In this document: positions 28,086 to 46,074 of the stretch, piece after piece
How the letters are laid out: each line of letters opens with the position of its first letter
Numbering within the stretch: position 1 is the stretch's first letter
NCBI GenBank assembly: GCA_973895155.1
Contig: OZ316895.1
Coordinates: 13,946,225 to 14,010,224 of the forward strand
DNA: 64,000 nt
Direction of reading: 5' to 3'
Source: Marsupella aquatica
Lineage: Eukaryota > Plantae > Marchantiophyta
Translations under genes and position numbers: made by a program
The notes under the pieces: model-generated
The model's input: the letters and a program-made list of their open reading frames with translations, nothing else
Told to the model about the DNA's origin: nothing
The model's database searches: none

Positions 28086-29639
28086 ATGCGTTTTTGATAG
28101 ATATAGTGGCTAACACGTTTCCTGTTCAACGTCGAAGTCCTTGTACGAGCTTGCAGGGCTGCCCATCATAGTTCATCACTCAGCTTTTTTCTTGGAAATG
28201 AAGAAAAGCTGGTATTTTTGCCAGGGCAGGTTCTGCTTTGCTGAAGGGGATGGGATTTGGATCAAATTTGTGTAGAGTAGGGTTCGAGTACCCTGTGATT
28301 GTTGGGTCAACTTGCTATTGAAGGATATGCTCATGGGATCAGGTCTTAGGAAGCCCTCATTGGGTCATTGTTACCAGTCACAGTAAAGTGGTTGGGTCCT
28401 TTCCACTGAAATTATGGGATCCCTGGAACGGGAATGTATTTACCAGTATGTTCATTGCATAGGTGTGTACAGTACGGGGCACGAGTGTGTCACAAACCTT
28501 TAATGTTCTCTCAGAGGCTTTCACTTCACGTGATAGTGCTATGGCTGGAGATGACCACTATCTATAGCAAGGTGTTCGCTTCTTGCAGAGAAGTCTTATA
28601 GGAGCACAATTCAATTGCTCAAGCCAGAGAAAGAGAAGTCCCTTGCGGAATATGGAAGAATCTTGTTGTTATAATATTTAGGTGTACAAACAATGCCACG
28701 TCTGTCGTAGGAAGTGATTCAGCTCATGACGCGATAGGAAGCTTTAGCCTTGGGTTGGATGCATGGGTTGTCACTAACTCTTAGTCGCAATCACGTTGTC
28801 AAGTTTTCACCATGTCTGTTCCAGATAGGCGTTGTTCATCAGAGCGAAGGACTGGTTCAATCGCATGAGTTCTTGGAAAATCTGTCTGTAAAGATGTTAG
28901 GCTTCAGAAACTTACCGACGATTGAGCAAGGATGCACTCATCGATGGATGTTTTAATAGTATACTGTTTTCTCTGGATACTCACGTGAATGGACATGCAG
29001 AGCCAGATGGGGGCCTCACAAGGTTGTAGGTCGAGATTGCATTCAAGTCATTCTATTTAGAAGTATTTGGGCGACCATAGGACGATCCTTGGGAGAGGGG
29101 ACGCCTAATTGTTTCTAACAGGTCTGTAAGAACGATGGAACGCTTTACCCTTCACAGATGCCTATGGGCCTTTACAGTGCCTTCTACCGAATCCTCCTTG
29201 CAACGAATCCTGCGCAGAAAACAACAACAACGGATTATCGAGACGGGTAAGGATGTACTCCCGTTCCATATGAGAACTTCGTCTCTTTTCAAGCCTGTAG
29301 GTGTTGTGTGCGTTCTACCAATGAATCCGTCGAGAAAGGCTGGTACAATTGAACCTAGGAAGAAAGCTGTTGTCGTAACGCTTGCTGATGAATCTATCAA
29401 TACTCAATTGTACAGCTAAAACCCTTTCGCGGGGTCTGCAAAGGAGGACCGTCTTTTGTCTACAGTCTTGATATTGTATCCGAGGTGGTAAGGAACTATG
29501 GAACTCCATGGTTCTTGGTTTTGTAAGGATGAGGCAAGAAGATTCGTGCAAATACGACGAACAGTAAAGTAAAAATTATAGAGTCGGAATGGATAGGTCC
29601 CAGGACCAGCATTTTCACCCTGCTATAACTATCTAGGAT

Positions 29640-29955
29640 TTGAATGTGTCTGAATGAATAGCACTATGTGGACGTGTTGCAAAAAAGATACTGGCGAGAG
29701 GCAAAGATGTTTTTGAATGTGTATGAATGAATAGCACTATGTGGACGTGTTGCAAAAAAGATACTGGCGAGAGGCAAAGATGTTAAGGCAAGGCAAGGAA
29801 ATGTTGCACAAAAGATATCAAAGCAAGGCAATGATGTTAAGGTGAGGCAAGGAAAGATACCGGCCAGAGGCAAAGATATTAAGGCAAGGCAAGGAAATGT
29901 TGCACAAAAGATATCAAAGCAAGGCAATGATGTTAAGGTGAGGCAAGGAAATGCA
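29640..29955. repeat. Imperfect tandem repeats (GCAAGG-rich; ~77-bp and ~99-bp duplications)
   Basis: TGAATAGCACTATGTGGACGTGTTGCAAAAAAGATACTGGCGAGAGGCAAAGATGTT twice; AAGGCAAGGCAAGGAAATGTTGCACAAAAGATATCAAAGCAAGGCAATGATGTTAAGGTGAGGCAAGGAAA twice. Confidence 0.9.
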
Positions 29956-31709
29956 CACAAGGCCCCTCACAAGGCAAAGAAATGCATATGAGGCAAGGAA
30001 GCTTTAAGGCACCATGTGTCATTGTGGTTATGTTAGTTGGGGGTAATTTTCCATTTTTTCCCCTCCTTTTTCCCCTTTATCCCTTGCTGCACCCTCCCTG
30101 TCTCTTGCTTTGGTCTTGCTCCTTCCGTCCCTCCACCCCACCCCCAAACCTTTCCTTCCCTCCAATGCAATTTTTTAAAAGGCAAAGCAAATGGAGAAAA
30201 ACAAAATCAACACAAAGGAAAAAGGAAATTCTTCTTTCCTATGGCAAAAAGTCAACAAAAATAATAATTTCATAGCAAAGTATTTCACATCTACCAACTA
30301 TATGCCATAAAGTAAGAGATTTCATACCAATGTACTTCTCACCTAGGGGCTGTGTCACAAAGTATTTTATGCTGAGTACTTTATAGAGTAATTGATTCAA
30401 TCAACAATAGGTTTTGGTATCTTGTACCTACTTCCCTCAAAAGCAAGTAGATACCTTGGGCATGCACCTTCTGAGTCAATCCAAGGGTGTCAAAAACCCC
30501 TATAATAAATTTGATGGTACTGGTTTGTTTCCTCCCTTTTGAATTTTGTAAACAAACGATGGGGAGATTTTGGGGGGATCCAGTATTGTGGTGGTTGATT
30601 GATTTGGCATTGTCCAGTGAGTGGTGTCTTTCTATGCTATCAATGTATCAATCATCTCACAACCCATGCACAGCAGTCACCCCAAAGAATGGGAGAGAGA
30701 ACCTTAGGCAACTTCTTGCTGCAGATCCGGAAAGAAGCTGGGCTTGTTGGGGAGGAAATGACTAGCAAATCAGGTCGTGCTAGTGTAATCCGAATGGCTG
30801 CTCCGCTGATGAAGTGTAGAAAAAGTACTCAAACACCTTTTACTTAATGAAATCATAAATCACAAATTGCAGGGTGGGGCCACATTAAATAGCTTGCTGG
30901 ATACTAGCAAGCAAATGAGCATCCACAGGCAAACCAAGAACCTATAGCCAAACTGCCTAACAAATGCTGCCAAAAAAATGGAACAGCATGTAGAGTCTAG
31001 CAGTCTAGATTGTATACAAATTGTAAGGAGTGTGTAATTCCAACACAACAGATGAGGCAAATGAACAAGAGAAGCAAACACTGGTGATGAAGGTAATATA
31101 AATGCTCACTTATCATTTGTAATTGAGTATTGTCATCTCCCCTGTCTACCAAAAGACTTGATGGGGTCCCCTTTGGGAAAAGGGCACCAACAAGTGGGAC
31201 ATACTGTGGCCCCTCTTCCCTTCAGTTTGGCCCTCCCCCTTGCAATTAGCGTCCGTAAAAGGGCAAAAGGGCAGGCAGGCAATGCAGTTTCGACCTGCAA
31301 CAGCACCCCGTAACATAGCTTTGACAATGCATTCATCTCAAATTAAGACAACCGATCAAAGTTGACTGGGAGGAATAAGTGATACACAAAACACTTGTAG
31401 AAATGAGAGTTGAAGTGGAGGTTTCTTTCCCTCACTCTATATGTAATTTCTGTACGGAATGCAAGTTTCACTGCAAGTTTCCAATATATGTGTAACCATT
31501 TTGAAAGGCACTTGCTATTCCCATCATTTGTAGCCATTTTCAAAGCTACCTGCTATTTGCATAATCTATTGCCTGGAAGCAGCCTTTTTCATGACAATAA
31601 TTAGGCACTACAATGAAGGTTTGGGCAAGGGTTCTAGCCTAAAGGTTGCTCCCACAAAGCTCATAAAAGATTCACATTGCGTCACACTTGCCTGCACCTG
31701 TATGGAAGA

Positions 31710-31995
31710 GACTTGAAAGGGGGAAGGGCCGGGCGCGGAGATGAGAGGCCCTCGAAAAGGGGGAGGGCCGGCTGCAGGGACAAAGAGGCCCTTGAAAAAG
31801 GGGAGAGCCGGGCTGCAGGGACAAAGAGGCCCTTGAAAGGGGGGAGGGCCAAGCTGCAGGGACAAAGAGGCCCTCGAAAGGGGGGAGAGCCCGGCTGCAG
31901 GGACAAAGAGGCCCTCGAAAGGGGGGAGGGCCGGGCAGCAGGGACGTAGAGGCCTTCGAAAGGGGAGAGGGCCGGGCTGCAGGGACGAGAGCCCC
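31710..31995. repeat. G-rich minisatellite, ~7 units of ~41 bp, in the MCM2 promoter region
   Basis: Unit approximately GAGGCCCTCGAAAGGGGGGAGGGCCGGCTGCAGGGACAAA repeated head to tail. Confidence 0.92.
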
Positions 31996-32024
31996 GGAAA
32001 GTCCCTCTCTACAGAAAGGTGCAT

Positions 32025-32058
32025 TTTCCCGGAGTCTTTTTGTGCCTTTCTTTCCCGC
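32025..32058 (+). promoter_or_regulatory. E2F-binding sites upstream of MCM2
   Basis: TTTCCCGG (32025-32032) and canonical plant E2F site TTTCCCGC (32051-32058); MCM genes are established E2F targets. Confidence 0.7.
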
Positions 32059-32705
32059 GCTTTTCCCCCACGTTCCCCCAATCTGCACAACGACACACTC
32101 TCTCTCGAGCTAGAGAGAAAGACTGAGAGGAAGAGAGTGAGTGAGCTGAACCCAGTGATTGACCGACGAAGAGTCTGTACCCATTGAGCCGTCATCGCTC
32201 TCCACGAACGGAAGTTGATTACTCGAGAAGTGTTGTCAAGCCGAAATGGTATGATTAGATCAATTTTCTCTTGCATTGACCTGAGACCTGGCCGGGATCT
32301 GATGACATTGATATTTCCTTCAACTTCAGTTTTCAATTTCAGGGAACTCGAACCCACTTTGATTGATGGCAAGAAGCATTGTGGAGTGAGTGAATTAGTG
32401 AATGAATGTGTGCAGGATTGTGAAGACTGAATGAATCTGTGCCTTTCTTTCCTGCGCCTTTCCCCCTCGTTCCCCAAACCAGCACAACAACATTCGAGAG
32501 AGCGTGGGAGACAGATGCCCACTAGAGATTGCCATCCCTAATGTCCATCTCAAATGGACATCTCAAATGGACCTCCCTAATGGCCAACCCCAAGAGAGTG
32601 TGAGTGAGCTCAATTCAGTGATTGGCCGACGAAGTCTCTGTATGCATTGAGCCGTCATCGCTCTCCAGGAACGGATTTGATAACTCGAGAAGTGGTCAAG
32701 CCGAA

Positions 32706-39635
<6,930 letters not shown>

Positions 39636-40009
39636 CTCCCTGTCCCTGATCTTCTAGTGTAAATATCCGATAGGTTGCCGTCGATTGCAATTTCCCTCTC
39701 ACCCAGTTAAGGTTTCTAGAGCCATCCGCTGGGAACCAGCGGCTTGTGAGAGAAGCAAAGCACTGACAATACTCCATACATGGTGCTGAATTCAAAACCT
39801 GGAGCTTCCTGCTCTTGGGTACTACGAGACTTGTAACACAGGCCATCACTGACCATTCCCAGGCTTGCTGTTTCATCAATGTCAGCAATCTGGAAGCCAC
39901 CTGCCTTTGAATTCGGAGCACCAGAGTTGAAAAATAAAAGAATTTGACCAACTTTCACAACTAGTAACACTTCCAAGCATGACACAGTGGATGCACAGGG
40001 TTTGCGGTT

Positions 40010-40940
40010 CAGCTATTAGCACAATTGCTGATTAGTTATACTTGTATCAATCGGTGTGCTCTCAGTAGCACAGGAGTACACGATGTAATCTCTACCATAG
40101 ATCTTACTGTATGACCCTTCATACTGAAGTGACTCTGTGCTACGATCTAATCTCTACCATAGATCTTACTTTATGATCCTTCATAATGAAGTGACTCTTC
40201 AGGTGAAGTGTCACCACTATTCTAGAGACACATTCTATGTTGTCATGAAATCCTTTAGGTAGAGCCTTGGTGAAATGTCTGGCACCATGTCTTCAGTAGG
40301 CAAATGTGAAAGTAGGCAAATGTGAAATTGTAATTTTACCACTTGTTATCTAGTCTTTGATATAGTGGGATTGAATATCAATATGTTTGGACATATTATG
40401 ATGCTTTAAATGTGCAATTGTAATTTCATCACTAGTTATCTAGTCTTTGATATATACTGGGATGAATATCAATATGTTTGGACATATTATGATGCTTTGC
40501 TGATCATAGAGAAATGATGTTTTTTCATCAGAGAAATTTCTATGATTTGTTATGGGTGTCCAATATCACATAGAAATGGCTTCTATACCAAGTCCCACAT
40601 AGAATGTGTCTTTAGAATAGTGGTGACATTATATTTGTGATATTGGACAACCACAACAAATCACATAAATTTTTTGTGATAATAAAATCACAATTTCACT
40701 ATGGGCATCAGCAATCAGCAAAACTTCATAATAGTTCTAACTATATTAGGTCTAAATATATTGATATTCGATAACTATATCAAGTACCAAATAACTAGTG
40801 GTAAAATTATAATTTCACATTTGCCTAATGAAAACATGGTGACATACATCTTCACCAAGGCTCTTCCTAAAGGACTTTTTGACATACATATTTCAGCTTT
40901 AGGATTAGTCTAACCTAATTGATGAATCAATTGGTGTGTA
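40010..40940. mobile_element. Rearranged Copia remnant: LTR fragment plus RNase H C-terminus in both orientations
   Basis: 40012-40210 resembles LTR 40958-41090; KHIDI...SGKI.ISHLP.E.MV..IFTKAL is encoded on minus at ~40260-40390 and on plus at ~40753-40870. Confidence 0.8.
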
Positions 40941-41342
40941 TGTTAGAAATTACCTTCTATTAGCACAATTGCTGATTTGCTTTTACTTAGTATCAATCCT
41001 TGTGGTCTTAGTAGCACAAGAGTAAGATCTAATTTACCATAGATCTTACTTTATGACCCTTTGTACTGAAGTGACTCTTCAGGCTGACGTGTCCTTGGAG
41101 GGACACACTTGTTGGTGTTGTCCATTTTGTAGATTAGCGATTTAGTATTGAGGATCTTGTATTCTTGATTCACTTGTAACACAAATCAATTGAGTAGCGT
41201 TCTTCAATTCTGTGCATTCATTTCATTTCTCTCACACTTGATTACTACTTTCATTGTTCAATTCTGTGCATTCATTCTCTCACACTTGATTACTACTTTC
41301 ATTGAGGAAGAGGAATATTAGGCAGGTTGCAGGTATCTAACA
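40941..41342 (+). repeat. Copia 3' LTR (~402 bp)
   Basis: TGTTAGA...TCTAACA 7-bp inverted termini, just after the RNase H C-terminal coding remnant. Confidence 0.8.
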
Positions 41343-41852
41343 TGGTCAGCTGTTGCACCCACCATAGTTGTTGACCTCAAGTGCCGGGCATCTTTCTTGT
41401 GGGTTTGCAACTTCCAAAGCCTTTACTGGGCCTTAAAATTGTTGCTTCAACAAAATAGTGGAGGTGTGTGCACTTGGGTTCATTGTGAAATTGTAGTCTG
41501 CAGCCTCCATCTTCATGGAGTCAGGGGGGCAACATAAAGTTTTGGAATGGTTTGCTCACAAGCGTCCACCTTGCTCGAAGTGGAGAAACCCTGGCACAAA
41601 CATACATGGTTGCCACCTTTGTTTTTAAGTCTTCATTGTTCCCTCCAACGGTTCAGTTGTTCCCTCCAGCTTAGAGAAGTTTTCAAATTTTGCCCTTCAC
41701 ACGTCTTTGCAGACGAGCTTTGAGTTAGATCATACATCTTTGGGTCAGCAAGGTTCCGAAGATTATGTTGGACAGGTCATCATTCATATTATCCTGGAGT
41801 TGTTGATTTTTTCCAAGCTATAACTTGTCTTCTAGACAAAGATCACACGTCA

Positions 41853-42234
41853 TGTCAGACTCAAGGGACGAAAAATTGAACATAGACGATAGACGCAACG
41901 ATAAACACATGACACATCCAACGATCAAATAATCAACACAGAGAGATACGTGATTCATCTCCACATGAGGCTACATCCACAAGAACACACAAGAACTTTA
42001 CTGCACTCTAGGCCGACCAGCCATACCAAGCTTAACAACAACACAAGCTCTCCCTATCCCTCAATTGCCTCCATAACAATGAGCCTAAATTTCACTTATC
42101 CAAGCAAACACCATTTGGCATAAAGTGTGCATCCTAGTTAACCTAATCACATCTCCAACTACGGTTAGCCTAACTACGGTTAGCCTAACTACGGTTATAT
42201 GTCGTAACCCTAGACCTTGAGTAAATACCTAACA
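41853..42234 (-). repeat. Probable isolated Copia LTR related to 1689-1984
   Basis: Minus strand starts TGTTAGGTATTTACTCAAG (compare TGTTAGGAATTGACTCCAG); shares CGACATA and TTGGATAAG. Left boundary uncertain; no TSD found. Confidence 0.5.
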
Positions 42235-43479
42235 AATGTACATCATTTGAATCTCCATGCATGAAATGTGATTGCATGAAACCATGAAATGTGAAGAAAT
42301 AGCAAGCACAAAAGATAATGGTTTGAACCTTGTAATCCTAATCTGGACAGTGGATTTCTCATCACAGACAATGCATTAGGCAATAAAGCATTTTGGGAGT
42401 GCACACAAGAAAATACAACATTTTGGGTTTTGGGAGTGCACATAGAATCACACATAGCAAGACAAGATTTGGAAAGTTCTAAATCATTTTTCTTAGAAAC
42501 TTCACATAGAGGAAACAACTTTTAAGTACATTGTCACAGGCATCACAGTGCAAGAGACCTGGAGACCTCCCTCTACAATCCAAAAAGACAAAGAAAAAGG
42601 AAATCAGGAGGGCCTGTAACAATGCACGAGGATCAAGGAGAACTCCCTCCACAATCCATGCATAGTAATAATGACAAAAGTTTAATTGTAAGTATTACAT
42701 AGTCAATAGAGTATTGCCTAGTATAGTAATGAGAAGAAGAGGAGACCAAAACCGAGTGAAAAAGAGAACAAGGGGAGGTTGAGGTTTAAAAGGAGATGAG
42801 AAAAAAAATCATTTTGTCAAACTTTTTTGGTTGTCATAACCCGACTTTCACCCAATGATATCTTTTACTTTGCAACATTTTTTGCACATTCAATGATATA
42901 TTTTAATAAACAACTAACTCTTTTATTGAACTATATCTTGCACTATGACATATTTCTCAATGACTCTTTAGCGTAACAATGTCTTTAACTAAATGACATC
43001 CTGTACTTAATGACGCTTTTGCGTAACCATATCTTTTACTTAACGACACCTTCAATATAACGACATGCTTGACGTTATGACATCTTCTGTGCAATGCACA
43101 GGGATTGAACTTGTAGAAAAAGAAATGAGTGTCAAAGGCTTAGTAGGTGGAGGCAGCTCTAATTGGACTCTGAAGAGAATTTTCAGAAACAAGTCAATAT
43201 TGTACTCTATTCCAAAAAATAGAGAAACAAATGAATGTGGTGGAGGCAACTCTAATTATGAGAAGATATACTTAGTGGAACTCCAAACCAAACTTCTTCT
43301 CTTAATGGACCAAAAGATGGACCCAAAGTTGACCTTTGGGCCCACTCCATACGGCAATGTTCTTGTGAAAGTGTTTACCACACAGTTCAGGCTAGTTATG
43401 CAGGTTGATAACACTGTGGTTAGTCAAGTATAGTAAGATCAAAAGATAATTGTGTAGTGATTTAATAACAAAGGCCGTA

Positions 43480-44110
43480 ACCCCTACCCACAATGGAGCA
43501 CCCAAGTGCTGAAGGGAAATTGCCTCCCCGCTTGGTTGAATACATTGTGATTATTGTATTCAAACTAGAAATGAAGGATCTTATGGTCGCATCAGAGTAT
43601 CCAAGCATAGTAGCGAGGCCTCCCAACTTGGTCGAACACATTGTGGCTAATGTATTCAAAGCTCGGGGGGTTAACTAAGTGTATATTTTGGGGTACCACG
43701 TGCGATCCTAGCCTAATATAAATAGACCTATTTTATAAAGAAAATATTCCAAGAATATTCTCTATTTTAAATATTAATAACCTATTTTACTTTATAAAAG
43801 GTATATATTAAAGAATATTCTATAAACATGAGTTTATAATACCTTCTTTTGCCTCCTACGCTTTTTAAAAATTTAGTTAAAATCTGTCAAAAATACCTAT
43901 TTTGGATTGCACGTGGTTCCTAAGATTTTTGATAGTCAACCCCCCGAGATTCAAAGTACAAGATCTTCTGAGCACCACAATGTGGTAGATCTTCTGACCG
44001 CATTGGAGTACGCAAGCGTTGTAGCGCCGCCTCCCAGCTTGGTTGAATACATTCATTGTGGCTGTTATATCCAAACTACAAAGCGTCTATGACTACATTG
44101 AACCATGCAA
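43480..44110. repeat. Degenerate ~96-bp tandem repeat interrupted by the MITE
   Basis: CTCCC..CTTGGT(T/C)GAA(T/C)ACATT recurs at ~43525, ~43620 and ~44030. Confidence 0.7.
43662..43948. mobile_element. MITE (~287 bp) with long imperfect TIRs and an 8-bp TSD
   Basis: CTCGGGGGGTTAACTA...ACCACGTGCGATCC versus GGATTGCACGTGGT...TAGTCAACCCCCCGAG; ATTCAAAG on both sides (43654-43661, 43949-43956); AT-rich interior. A related terminus starts at 56871. Confidence 0.9.
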
Positions 44111-46074
44111 GCACCATAGCTTCCCCAACCTCATTGCCTTTTTGAAGACAATGTGAATATTATATACAAAGTCAACAATTTTTCAAATTGAAATGTGCTG
44201 TCCTTTTTGTGAAACCTTTTAGGAACCTGTTTTTTTCTCATTGCGTTTAAGTTCATTTCTCAACATTTTCTTGTGCCGCTTGTTCTTGTTGTTCCTATTG
44301 GTGTTCTTGCATGTATTCCTCTCCTATGGCTACCCTTTAAGATGTGCAAACTGCAATGAAAGAGCAACCAATAATTATTATTGGGCCAATCCAAGTCTAT
44401 GTTCGCAATTTGGCAGGTCTTACACCAAATACATTCCGCATAATTTATTCTATTGTTTTCAAGATGCATGTATTCATTTTGATTTGACGTGCCTACGCTG
44501 TAGTTTGCCCTAAACTCTAGTCCTCTAACTATGTGTATATATTGTTGTCAATGTATACAAGTTCTAACTACTTTGCTTTGTATCGTGTATCGTGTATCGT
44601 GTTGCGGTCACATGGCAAACGATTCACTTGAACATTGCCGTTGCAATCGTATGCATTTGGTGATGCGATCAGACCTTGGGGGTTTCACTTCCACAAAAAT
44701 GACATATCACGTGCAACGAAAAATATGGTCATTTTATTGGTTCTAAGGAAAAACTTGAAAATTTTTGTAGAAGAACAATAAAATATTTTAAATTCAATTT
44801 TGAGACTTATAATAACATTAGTGTCATTTTAATCAAAATTTTGGATTATTCCAAGAATATTCTAAATTTGTATGGGTTAAAAAATAAAAATAAATCATTA
44901 CATTTTAGGGGATCCGAGACCTAAAAATGTCAGAGGTGATGGGGAGGTCTCTATATAATGAGACCCATGAGGGTCAGACACTCAATAACCAAGAACATAG
45001 GTGTTTAATACTTCTCTTGTTATAAGGACTCAAAATTATGTTATAAGAACTTATGACATGAAATGGTGCCTTTGGTGGGCCCCAAGGTCCATTGGGACAA
45101 ACTATGTATTGTTTGGTTTGTTAAGAGAAAAAGTTTGCACTTGGAGGTACGTTAAGTATATCTCTTATAAAGTTGTTGTTAATATTACAAATTATAACCA
45201 TGACAATGAAGTGTGGGTGACTCTCCAGAAGGATGGGTCAGGATTCAAAAAAGTCTAGTAAATCAAAGTTGAAATCGCAGACATACAAAACTTACTCAAT
45301 TGAGAAAAGAAAAGAAACAGGTGCAAGTGAAAAAAAAGCTCTTCCCATGGAACGAAAGAAAAGAAGAAGAAAAACATGGTTTGGATACACTTCTAAATCA
45401 ACTTCTCATTTCTTACCCACATGTGAAAGTGTCTCGCCGTCGATCCCAGAACGAGAGGTCAGGATGAAAGAAGTCTGACCACATCACAAATCAGACCGAC
45501 CAATCACTCAACAATCAATCAATCAACAATCAATCAATCAACAATCAAACGTTAACAATTGAAAATCTGAAATGGCCATGAATGTACAGGATAAAGAGCA
45601 GACGTGAAAACCCACCTCAGGAAGGAATGTATTCTTGTTTTCTGATCTCGAAATGCGACAGGCACAGATTCCTCTCCTTGCAATCGGAATCGGCAATCTC
45701 TAGTTAGACCTGGCGGAAAAAAGCCGCAATGGCTCGCTTTTTCGAGAGCTTCTCCTTTTTCAAAGATTGGGTTCATTCAGGCCCTCGAGTAGACACAGAA
45801 GGGCTTTTGTTTGATTGATTGATTGTTTGTTGATTGCCTTTTTGCCATGAACGGGAGTCTTCTTTGAGGAAGAGTGGAACAGATCATCGAGACCAAACCA
45901 GAGCAATGGCGACCGCCTTCGATTAGGCCGCTTCGGGGTCCGAAGTTTAGAAGATGCAGTAGAAGTGAATTGAAGATACGGTACGAAGGGCGGCCAAATT
46001 CTGCAGGAGGTTCTTGTGTGAATGTGCTGAGCTGAGCTGAGCTGAGCTGAGTTGAGAGTAGAGTCGAGTAGAGT

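Noticed and set aside
31710-31995. Regularly spaced repeats that could suggest a CRISPR array
   Set aside because: Head-to-tail units with no unique spacers, eukaryotic context, no cas genes.
31608-32522. 304-aa minus-strand ORF
   Set aside because: Produced by the stop-poor 41-bp minisatellite and the antisense MCM2 leader.
45505-45835. Inverted (CAAT)n / (ATTG)n tracts as a possible miRNA hairpin
   Set aside because: Only simple-repeat complementarity across a ~260-bp loop.
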